Source: Chlamydiia bacterium
Lineage (GTDB): Bacteria > Chlamydiota > Chlamydiia > Chlamydiales > JBMOFD01
Direction: 5' to 3'
NCBI GenBank assembly: GCA_049314435.1
Contig: JBMOFD010000001.1
Span: 1-58,262, forward strand
DNA: 58,262 nucleotides
In this document: positions 9,233 to 18,700 of the stretch, piece by piece
Numbering within the stretch: the stretch's first letter is position 1
Layout: every line of letters starts with the position of its first letter
Translations under genes and position numbers: made by a program
Notes under the pieces: generated by a model
The model's input: the letters and a program-made list of their open reading frames with translations, nothing else
Databases searched by the model: none
Told to the model about the DNA's origin: nothing

Positions 9233-10318
9233 GTGCCTCTATGCATCCTACCGTGTCGCATCTTTCCACCCACCAGCTACGATCCCCAGTCAAAAGATCC
9301 CAAAGAGCAGGCTGCTTCTCTCGACGACCTTGACCTACTCTGGCCATTGCTTGAAAAGGACCTGCGAGCTTCTTGGGAAAGAGAGGCTCTTGCGACCCAA
9401 GCGACCAAACCCGCACGTCATGGTCAGGAGCTGACGGAGGATCCTTGTACACGGGAGAAAGGCTCTTCTTCCACAGAGACTCAAATGCCTCAGGACCCAT
9501 TTGTAGACGCCTTAGCACGTATCCGTTCAACCCTCCTCTCTAACGAAGCCGAGGTGTTCGCCCTACTCAATCCGTTCGGCGTCCTTGAGAGTCTGACCGT
9601 CCAAGACAAGGGGCCTCGATGGGTCGACGATGGCAATGGCCTGCTGCCACCCGTTCTCACTCAACGCGTCCACGCCCTCTCCTTGTCGCGCTATACCTCC
9701 AAGGCGTGGACTCCAGGTGCCATCACGAACGCACTCGTGACTGTAGCCCGGCATCGCCGTGCGGAACGACTGGTAGCCAATGCCACGTCGTTTGCCTTCA
9801 CACAATTTCGAGCTTCCTTCGAACACCTGGGATGGCCCTGCAAGAAGATAGGCTCATGCCGTAAACGTCAGCTGGCCGGTTCGACAGGGACGAGCCGCAA
9901 GAACTCAGTGAATCGTATCTCCTATCGCGTTCTCGACGCCGTGTTGGGCAGTCCTGCCCTCCCCCCCCATTTCACCAAGGGTCCCTGTGACAGCACCCAA
10001 ACCTTGGTCGATCGCCTATTTGCATTCCACTGGTGCCACAAGAAAGAGCGTCGTGTCGACTCGACACCATCAAGGAAACGAGAGAGAGATCCGCAGCTTC
10101 CTTCCAACGATGAACCGCCGCAAAAGAGGCGTCGCTTGGAAAACATCTCCAACGATGCCCATGCCACATTCGACACCGAACCCGAACTCCCTCCGTTCGA
10201 ACCATTGGGGAGCAACCCATGGCCACGAGCCGCTCATTGGACAAGGGTGAGCCATGCTGTACGCAAGGCACTGCAGGAGAAGTTGAACAAGACGCCGGGC
10301 TCGCCACCAGCCAGCTAG
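9233..10318 (+). CDS. hypothetical protein with a eukaryote-type bipartite nuclear localisation signal
   Basis: GTG start with AAGGAG 6 nt upstream. No signal peptide. C-terminal SRKRERDPQLPSNDEPPQKRRRLEN (about 10072..10140). No other recognisable domain. Confidence 0.55.
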   Translation: MPLCILPCRIFPPTSYDPQSKDPKEQAASLDDLDLLWPLLEKDLRASWEREALATQATKPARHGQELTEDPCTREKGSSSTETQMPQDPFVDALARIRSTLLSNEAEVFALLNPFGVLESLTVQDKGPRWVDDGNGLLPPVLTQRVHALSLSRYTSKAWTPGAITNALVTVARHRRAERLVANATSFAFTQFRASFEHLGWPCKKIGSCRKRQLAGSTGTSRKNSVNRISYRVLDAVLGSPALPPHFTKGPCDSTQTLVDRLFAFHWCHKKERRVDSTPSRKRERDPQLPSNDEPPQKRRRLENISNDAHATFDTEPELPPFEPLGSNPWPRAAHWTRVSHAVRKALQEKLNKTPGSPPAS

Positions 10319-10440
10319 CCCGGCCACTCTCCGAATGCCAAATTCATATCATTTATAATTTCGAAACAACCAACACTAACAGAAAAATACACCACTCCGT
10401 AAAATCACTGAGCAACTATTTTGACCAATAGAAAAAAGTA

Positions 10441-13400
10441 ATGAGCTGTTCCTCCATCACCCCTCGTTTGATCCATGTGCCCTATCAAGCGACTCTCGAT
10501 GAGTCCAGGGGATCATCAGAGACCTCCCCAGTTACCATGGGATCAGCAGGCCGTGTAGATCAGCTCTCTCAAGAGTCGTCGATCAACGGGCATACGTCGT
10601 CACCTCAGATAGTCGAGGACGAAGCAGAGTCGCCAGCCAAGCAGAGGTACCTCGGCGGAGTTCTGAAGCGTCGCCTGTCTGTGCTATTGCAGCCTGGTAC
10701 CCTAGATGAGTCTGCTCTGCGGGCTCTTGTATGGCTTCTACAGCCACTAGCTGACCATCCGCTAGCTCCTGATGTTCTTAAAGAGGCATTTGGTAGGCAT
10801 GCTATCCTTAAAAAGGAAGAGCATGACGAGGCCCTTTCGTCTCTGGCAGAGGGTGTGAAATCCCTCATGGCACAGGGCAACTCGCCTCTCCACAGCCTGC
10901 TAGACTTGCTTCTCGCTAATCCCCTCCGAGTCCACTGTCCAGATGCCTTTGGCAGCGCCGCATGGAATGCTTGCCCTTCAAGCGTGGCATCCTCGCCGAT
11001 CTGGGAGCTGCTTCTCAACGAACTCGAGACGGAGTGGCTGAAAGGGAACGACCTTACGGCTTGGAAAACGGCTTCATGGATCCTTTCTCAACAACCTCAT
11101 TCCTCCCCGGGCTGGGTACTTCGCCTAGCCATTGGGTATCTGCAAGGCAGGTCATCTGAACAAGAGGCGACGCCGGTCTGGCCAACGAAGCTGCCACATC
11201 TGGAAGAGTTGACGCCCTTCTTGCAACGAGTGTCGCTCACATCGGACTCTCCCCTCCACGACTTGAGCCGCGTTCTAGTCGAAAAGGCTCCGCACCTTCT
11301 GCCTTCATGGCACCATGCGCTGCGTCACGCTGCTACCCATGCCGAAGCGCCAGCTGAAACTCTGGGGCGGCTACCACAAGCCCTATCAGATGCGCTTCCG
11401 CAGCTTGTACAACAGGACGCGGAGAGTCTAACGAAAGCTCAGAGAGGTCTTCGCAGGTTGCTCAACCCTCAACATCTCGAGGACATGACCACGACGGGAC
11501 TACTAGAGATCTTACAATCGATTGGCATGCATGCGCCTTTCGCCCACCTCAGTCGACCAGTGTGGGAGACACTCTACCTACGTGAGTTCTCTAGAGAGGA
11601 GGCTCTTCAGCTCTTTTCTATCCTCCATATGCTCCCCAATCTAGGGACCGAATCTCCGATTCTCCTGCGCCTGACAGAGGTTCTCTCTTCCGCCTTTGAG
11701 GGGCTTTGTGAGCCCCTACAAATCTGGGCTGCACTACGCCAAGTGCATAGCGCTTTACACCCCGCACGAAGCGACCGAGGTCCACGGACATTGGAACATG
11801 TGCTGCAGGCTCTACGCGTGGTGTGGTCAGCCCATGCTGAGAACAAATCCCTGGCCAAAGCCAGTTGGCAGCTGGCAGTGAACCTAGTTCGAAACCAGCA
11901 GACGCCCATGTCTCCGCAATGGATGGTTCGTTTAGGTATCGAAGCGGCGCTGCTGGGCACTGAAGCGGAATGGCAAGCTGCGTGCACCGCATTGGGATTG
12001 GATGAGGCTGCGCACTGCGCGCCGTCGGGCGGTGACGTTCAAGCGACCTTGACAACTTGGGGATACGCCCTACTGAAGGCACATTCCGAGCTACTCCCCT
12101 TCTGGTGCCAAGAGCTCTCTGCACTGGATCCGACCTCGCCCTGCCTAGCTGTTCGAGTGGCTGTTGCTGAGAGATTTCCCAGCGCGGTAGGGGGAGCATC
12201 ATGGCCATGGCTGGCGCAGATGCTTCCTGAGCTGCCGTGGGAAGACCTCCCCATGCGTCACCTCATCCACACACTACAAGCGTTGAGCCATGTGGCTTGG
12301 GAACCGAAGTGGTACGCGAACAAGCGCAGCCGCTGGACACCGGTGATTGAGGCGAGTCAACCTCTATGGCTCTCCATGGCCGGACGCATGTCACAGGTCA
12401 CACACGATGAGCTGTTGGCAGTTCTTCGTTTTCTCCCCATGATGCAGCGAGTCGAGGCATCGCATGCAGATAGAATAGCGGAGGTGTGGGTACAAGCATG
12501 TCAGGCTGGCAGACCAAGCGACGTCGCTTTTCGGTTACATGAGGTGATGACGCGACTCATCGAGAGAGCTCCTCATCTCATGGGCTCATGGGCCCGCGCC
12601 ATCCGCAAACAAGCTGGTGCTGGAGAGGCCACTAGCCTACGAGAGGGCTGTCAGAAATACGTGGGAAACTTGCTTCAGGCATGTTGGAAGGAATTCCATA
12701 AGCCAGCCAAGAGCGCTCCTACCGACGAACAGCTCCATGGGTGCAAGGAACTACAGAGGATCGTCTCCCTGGATGGCATGATGGGCCAAGATCTGCTGCA
12801 GTGGAGAGCCCTCCTCTTTACGGATACGGCTGACACATGTCCGTTAGAATGGGACCTGGTTGAGAGACTATCCGAACGGAGAGTCTTCTCAGAGCTGCCC
12901 GACGATGTCAGGCAGACGCTCATCCGACGGGTGATGCTCTACACCCACCTCGATGACTATCGCAGGTCCTCCCTGAAGATTCTCATGCAGTTGGTCCAAC
13001 CACCACATGTTCACCGGCTCCCTGCTCCTCAGGACCTCCAACATATCGAGGCTCTATGCATAAGCTGGCTGCTGCCAGAACATCTCTCGCTGCGTGCGCT
13101 CTTTTCTGAAAGGGGCGAGCCTCCAGCGGATCTCGGCATGCAAGCTCTGGCTACTGAGTGGTTCTTGATGACCATCGATTGGATCCCTCGACCTTTGGAT
13201 CGAGGCCTAGAGCTCCTATCCGTGGCTCAGACCCATGCGCGGCTACCACCAGATAAGCTCCTCAGCTTGTTTGGCCGACTGATCCAGAGTGCTACACCAG
13301 CCACACACCGGACGGAGGCCGGAGAGAGCCCAGATCTTCTTGATCTTTCGACCGATCTAGAAGGAACCCTAGCTCCCCTCTATCCAGAACTCGATGCAGG

Positions 13401-15591
13401 GATCGCTCGCTGCAACATCAACGAACGTTTGCATTGGATCGAACAGGGATTCGTTCTGCACCCTTCCTGCGGCTGGCGCTGGCTAGAACAACTGATGGAA
13501 GTACGAGGCTACATCTCCTCCCCTACTCAAAAGGAAGAGAGCGAGCTTAAGCAACGGCTAGGATCAGCCTTCAAGGTGGAACAAGACGCTTCAGGAATCA
13601 GAAGAATCCCCATTCCGGCAGCGGCTGAGCTCCTACTCCTGAGCGGGGGAATTTGGCTGCCTGAATCCTTTGAACAAGAGGGCGCTCTGCTCGATGCTCT
13701 GTCCTCCACAGCACGTGGACAACTCTCTCCTCAAGCTGTCTCGACCCGCCTGGAGACCATACTACGCAAGGCCTGCAGCTCTCCTCTTGAGACCCAAACG
13801 AGCCTGACCGAGCGTTTTCTATCCCTACAGGATGCATTGTGGCGGCTGTCGACCAATCGCGAGCCATTCATTCGGTGGTGGACCACTCTACGACTCATCC
13901 TCGTCTTTCAGGAATACTGCGGAGATACACAGCCTCTGGTCGAGTTCGTTCATGAAATTTCCTCCTACGAATTTGGCTATTTGCAGGACGTGACACCTTT
14001 AAGGCCTTTCATACAATGGCTACGGCAAAACCCTGCGATTCTCCAGCGCCTTCAATCGGAGGGAATCATCCCATCGCGCTTTAGAGCTCAGATCCTTCGT
14101 AATATCTCCTGCGTCTACCTGGGGGTGAATGAGGAAGCGAGCAGTAACGACAGTGATAGCGGAGAAGATGTTTCACGACTCCGAAGACCTGATCCTCTCG
14201 ATCCGCTCCTCGATGTTCTGCTCGAACTCTATGTCAAACATGACGGGCGGGGCACTGACGAGGCTATCGGGAACTTTCGGGCGACTGTGGGCCGGCGAGC
14301 GATCTTGGGCGCGCCTCTTTCCAAAGAGATAGCCCCCCTATTCAAAAGGGGATGCCTGCACATCGTGGAGCAAATATACATGGAGTGGGAAGAAGCGGCG
14401 GCTGCCTACGACTGCGCCGCTGAGCGCCTTCCACCTCAGCCCGCATCACACAGCGATGGGTGTGGCCCCAGCGACTATCGGGTGACCTGGGTTGCCCAGA
14501 TCATCGCCTCGCATCTCCTCAAACCAAAAGCATCACAAGCAAGCCGCTCTACACAGTCGCCATCTGCAAATGCAACGTCGCCGCTCTGTGGCCAGGGCTC
14601 AATGAGGTCCAAGAGCGCAGAAGCTCTCCATGAGGGTCTCACCTTCGCTCGACTACAACCATGGCTACGTCGGCTCCTCCAGCTGAACCCATCCAACTTC
14701 TGGGATCCGGTCTTCCAGGATGCCCTACTAACCTTGAGTCATCAGGCCCTTGAAGGAGAGGATGTTGAGTCCTCAAAATCGCTCGCACGCATCCTAAAAT
14801 CAGCCCTATCCGTCAAGCGTGACCCCACTCCCGACCACATGGCTCAATTTAGGCAGATGCAGATGGCCTTTGCTAGATTGATGGTCCATATACAGATGCT
14901 AGACCCATCGTTTGCACCCGAAGAATCACTCCGTAGTCCTCTTCTCAATACCGTTCTTCTTGGCTGCCAAGATGATGATCTCTTCCGAACGGCACTCGAA
15001 CTGGGACGCAACCAGCGCCTATCAGCTGCCCATCACTTATTGGAGTCGGAAGATTGGATCGATTCGTTCATTCGGGCTCTCTACAATAAAATCCACTGTC
15101 AGCAGCCACTGAACGACACAGAAAGAGCATCATTAGCCGCGGCTCTCATCATCCGCGCTGAGCCCAGAGGTCAACAAGGGATCGACATTCAACGATGGGC
15201 TGCGATCTCATCTGTAGTGGGACTCTTAGAGGACCAGGTCCTCCAGGATCCCCAAGCCCATGTTTTACGTTTGACTGACCTCCTCAAACAGGTCCTGACT
15301 AGTCTGTCGTTCTATGGCAACCTCGTGCACTCGCTGCCTCTCTCTCCGATAGAAAAAAGCGAGCGCAGTGCATCAGCTCTCGACTATTTCTCCTCGATCT
15401 TCACCGGAGGAGGAGGAAAGATGCTCCCCCTGGTCCCAGACTTTACAGACAACCCACTACCAGAGGTGTTCGAGATGGGGCATACCCTATGGCAGAAGCT
15501 CATGAGAAGATCCGACAACGCGGCACTAGTTGCGACTCTCTCCATACGATCCGGAAGAGCTCTCGTGTTAGACACCTCACCCGATGCATAA
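10441..15591 (+). CDS. giant hypothetical protein (1,716 aa), paralog A; alpha-helical repeat architecture
   Basis: Uninterrupted 5.1-kb ORF after an AT-rich intergenic region. Ser/Thr-rich N-terminus without a signal peptide. Clearly collinear with the next gene, for example ALVWLLQPLADHP, GWVLRLAIGYLQ, REFSREEALQLFSILHMLP, ALHPARSDRGPRTLEHVL and LAKASWQLAVNL. Confidence 0.8.
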   Translation: MSCSSITPRLIHVPYQATLDESRGSSETSPVTMGSAGRVDQLSQESSINGHTSSPQIVEDEAESPAKQRYLGGVLKRRLSVLLQPGTLDESALRALVWLLQPLADHPLAPDVLKEAFGRHAILKKEEHDEALSSLAEGVKSLMAQGNSPLHSLLDLLLANPLRVHCPDAFGSAAWNACPSSVASSPIWELLLNELETEWLKGNDLTAWKTASWILSQQPHSSPGWVLRLAIGYLQGRSSEQEATPVWPTKLPHLEELTPFLQRVSLTSDSPLHDLSRVLVEKAPHLLPSWHHALRHAATHAEAPAETLGRLPQALSDALPQLVQQDAESLTKAQRGLRRLLNPQHLEDMTTTGLLEILQSIGMHAPFAHLSRPVWETLYLREFSREEALQLFSILHMLPNLGTESPILLRLTEVLSSAFEGLCEPLQIWAALRQVHSALHPARSDRGPRTLEHVLQALRVVWSAHAENKSLAKASWQLAVNLVRNQQTPMSPQWMVRLGIEAALLGTEAEWQAACTALGLDEAAHCAPSGGDVQATLTTWGYALLKAHSELLPFWCQELSALDPTSPCLAVRVAVAERFPSAVGGASWPWLAQMLPELPWEDLPMRHLIHTLQALSHVAWEPKWYANKRSRWTPVIEASQPLWLSMAGRMSQVTHDELLAVLRFLPMMQRVEASHADRIAEVWVQACQAGRPSDVAFRLHEVMTRLIERAPHLMGSWARAIRKQAGAGEATSLREGCQKYVGNLLQACWKEFHKPAKSAPTDEQLHGCKELQRIVSLDGMMGQDLLQWRALLFTDTADTCPLEWDLVERLSERRVFSELPDDVRQTLIRRVMLYTHLDDYRRSSLKILMQLVQPPHVHRLPAPQDLQHIEALCISWLLPEHLSLRALFSERGEPPADLGMQALATEWFLMTIDWIPRPLDRGLELLSVAQTHARLPPDKLLSLFGRLIQSATPATHRTEAGESPDLLDLSTDLEGTLAPLYPELDAGIARCNINERLHWIEQGFVLHPSCGWRWLEQLMEVRGYISSPTQKEESELKQRLGSAFKVEQDASGIRRIPIPAAAELLLLSGGIWLPESFEQEGALLDALSSTARGQLSPQAVSTRLETILRKACSSPLETQTSLTERFLSLQDALWRLSTNREPFIRWWTTLRLILVFQEYCGDTQPLVEFVHEISSYEFGYLQDVTPLRPFIQWLRQNPAILQRLQSEGIIPSRFRAQILRNISCVYLGVNEEASSNDSDSGEDVSRLRRPDPLDPLLDVLLELYVKHDGRGTDEAIGNFRATVGRRAILGAPLSKEIAPLFKRGCLHIVEQIYMEWEEAAAAYDCAAERLPPQPASHSDGCGPSDYRVTWVAQIIASHLLKPKASQASRSTQSPSANATSPLCGQGSMRSKSAEALHEGLTFARLQPWLRRLLQLNPSNFWDPVFQDALLTLSHQALEGEDVESSKSLARILKSALSVKRDPTPDHMAQFRQMQMAFARLMVHIQMLDPSFAPEESLRSPLLNTVLLGCQDDDLFRTALELGRNQRLSAAHHLLESEDWIDSFIRALYNKIHCQQPLNDTERASLAAALIIRAEPRGQQGIDIQRWAAISSVVGLLEDQVLQDPQAHVLRLTDLLKQVLTSLSFYGNLVHSLPLSPIEKSERSASALDYFSSIFTGGGGKMLPLVPDFTDNPLPEVFEMGHTLWQKLMRRSDNAALVATLSIRSGRALVLDTSPDA

Positions 15592-15749
15592 GCCAGGACT
15601 CGCTCCTTCTAAACATGGCGCTGGTCTCCTCACAGCGCCCCTTCAGATCATTTACAGTTAGACTGGACAACATTTCTATACTACACAAATGGAGTCGCGC
15701 ATAAACTAAATCGGCAAAATTATTTCCTTATTCATGGTTCAAGCAAACG

Positions 15750-18700
15750 ATGCGCTGCTCCCCCACCACTCAGTCAGTAGGTTGTTCCCATCACCTGATC
15801 ACCCATGAATCTAGGGCATCATCGGGGCTGTCTCACGAGGTCCTTGAGCAAGAGGAACAGGTAGATCAGCCCACCACAATGGCTGCAGCACCTGAGCTGG
15901 AGTTGTTGACCGGACAGCGGAGCTGTGGCCAGCGACTGACACGCCTCGTTGAAGCTCTTCTACCCTCTATTGAACCGAATGAAGACGCCTACCGCGCCCT
16001 TGTATGGCTGCTACAGCCTATCGCTGGCCATCCGGAACTTCCGAACGCCTTGCGACAACTCCTTGATCGGAGTCCTTCACCAGAAGGGACAGAGAGGGAT
16101 GCTGCTCCCTCTTCTCCCGCAAAGGGGGCGAAATCTCTGCTGGTCTGGGGGAACTCCGAGCTGCATTCGCTGATCGAGATGCTGCTCGAATATCCTGCCA
16201 ATACCACATGCTGGGGTGCCTCCGGGATGGAACCATGGGATGCTCCCATCGACGGCAACCCATCCAGACCTGCCTGGGAGATGGTCTTCAACAAGCTCGA
16301 GTCGGTATGGCTGGAGTCGGATGAAGACGCTCAGATTGCATGGGAGCTGGCATCGTGGGTCATTGCAAAGCACCCTCAGCCTTCGCCAGCCTGGGTGCTT
16401 CGTCTTGCAATCGGGTATCTGCAACTCAGCTCGTTCATCCCAGCGAAGCCGCCTATCTGGCCTACCAGTTCACCACTTCTCCAAGAACTCACTCCTCTCC
16501 TCTTGAAGGTCGCGCACACGTCCGCCTCTCCTCTCGAAGGGTTCAGCCTTGTCCTTGCCAGGGAAGCCCCGGATCTCCTCCCCTGGTGGCACTACGCACT
16601 CAGGGAGTCGACCAGACATTGTGAATCCTGCGCTGCAGCACTGGAGAATTTGACCCAGGCACTGTCGGAGGGGCTCTCTCCTCAAGGGATGGCCGATCCT
16701 CAGAGTTTGACTGGCTCTTTGATGGCCATAAGCAACATCAATCACCCTTGCCATCTAGAGGCCGCCACAGCGGAGCTCATCGAGCTCCTCACATCGCTCA
16801 GTATGCATGCGCAGTTCGGAGACCTCTGTCGACCCGTATGGGAGGAGCTCTCGACACGTGAGTTTTCCAAAGAAGAGGCTCTTCAGCTCTTCTCTCTCCT
16901 CCATACGCTACCCGATGTAAGCATCGATTCTTGTGCCCTTAAACGGCTGGCAGAGCTTCTTTCTAAGGCCTTTGGAGGGCTAACCGATCCCATGCAAATC
17001 TGGGTCGTGTTGCGTCAGCTACACATGGCCCTGCACCCGACACGAAGTGATCGAGGTCCACGTTCTCTAGAGCATGTTTTGGATGGCCTATGGATCTTAT
17101 GGACGGCTAAGCCGGGATCGTTGGCCAAGGCGAGTTGGCAGCTTGCTGCCAACCTGACACGCGCTCGATCCATTCCCGCTTCTTCTCCTTGGATGACGCG
17201 CCTCGATGTGGGAGCTGTACTCCTAGGCACTCAGGCGGAGTGGCTAGCCGTCTGTACGTCACGCCAACAGAATCTATCTGAGCAGCCGATCATCCCAGGT
17301 GGCTCTCAGCTCGACACCTTAGTGGCGTGGGGATGCGATATGGTGCGTCAGCAGTCCGAGCATCTACCTGCATGGTGCCAAGCGCTTTCGGATCATGCAG
17401 AGGGCTATCCGATCTGCCGCGATGTGCTGCTTCAGGTGGCTCGAGCATTTCGTCTAACGATGGAGCGAGCAGCTATAGGATGGAGCGCTAAGGTGCTTGC
17501 TACGCTCCCTTGGCATGGCACCGACGCACCCACACTGCTCGACATGCTAGATCTCATGGCGGCTCGACATATTCCTCAGAGGTTTGCTGGCAGCACACGA
17601 TTGCTTTGGGAAGCTCTTGCCGACCAGGACATCTCCTATGAGCAGCTCCAACAAGCTCTCACCCATCTACACGTAATGCCCCCCTTGGGTGCTACCGCCT
17701 CTCAACGTCTAAGCCAGAGCTGGATACGAGCCTGTTCAGCGAACAAGGCCAAGGAGTTTGCACAACGCCTACGCGAGGTGATGATCCAGTGCATCGACCA
17801 AGCACCCCATATGATGAAGGCGTGGATCGCGGCCATTCAATCCCAGACGACAAATCCAGCACAATCCCTACAGGATGGCTCTAAGCGCTGTCTGATCGAT
17901 CTCTTTGGCATCCTTTCATCGGTCAAGAAGCCTAGCCAAGCTCTCTTTGAGGCAGGTAGGGAGCTACAGCATGTCACCCAACTCTATGGTCTCATGAGCC
18001 ACGACCTCTTGCGCTGGAGAGCGTTTCTCTTTTGCGAGGGCTCTGGGCCAGATCCTCTGGAGTGGGCAATCTTCGAAACCTGGCTCAAGACCCCAGGTCT
18101 CTTTGGCCAATTTTCAGACGAGAACAAGGCCTCGCTGATCCACCGAGCAACCCTTTATATCGACTCTGATCAGCGAGGTCAGCAGCTGTTGGCACTGAAG
18201 GCTTTGCTCCCCATGCTCGATCCGGCGCGTGTCAAACTCCTCCCAGCCCGTCAGCTTCAGCGGGTAGAGGCTCTATGCTCGGGCCTTCTCCTCCTCATAC
18301 AACCACCCAGTGATGCGCTGGTGGCCTCAGCAGAGGGAGGACGCCTGACAAGTGCGGAGGCACAACGGCTAGCCGCTGAGTGGTTCATCCTGACGGTCGA
18401 TGTCGTGCCACGCAGTGCAGCCAGAAGCATCAGTCTGCTTGAAAGAGCACATGCAGCCATCCAACTGCCTCCGGATAGGCTGCTCAGCCTTTGCCAAACA
18501 TGTCTACAATCGGCTGAGCCCTCTAAAGACCTTCAAGATGCCCTACGCCTGTTCATGCCGCAGCTGGACCAAGCTCTTGCCACCCGCAGTTTTTCCGAGC
18601 ACCTGAGTTGGGTCGACATCGGTCTCCGTGTGGACCCACCAAGTGGGTGGCACTGGCTAGCCGATCTCGCTGTCAGCCTGACCACACTATGGACCCTTGA

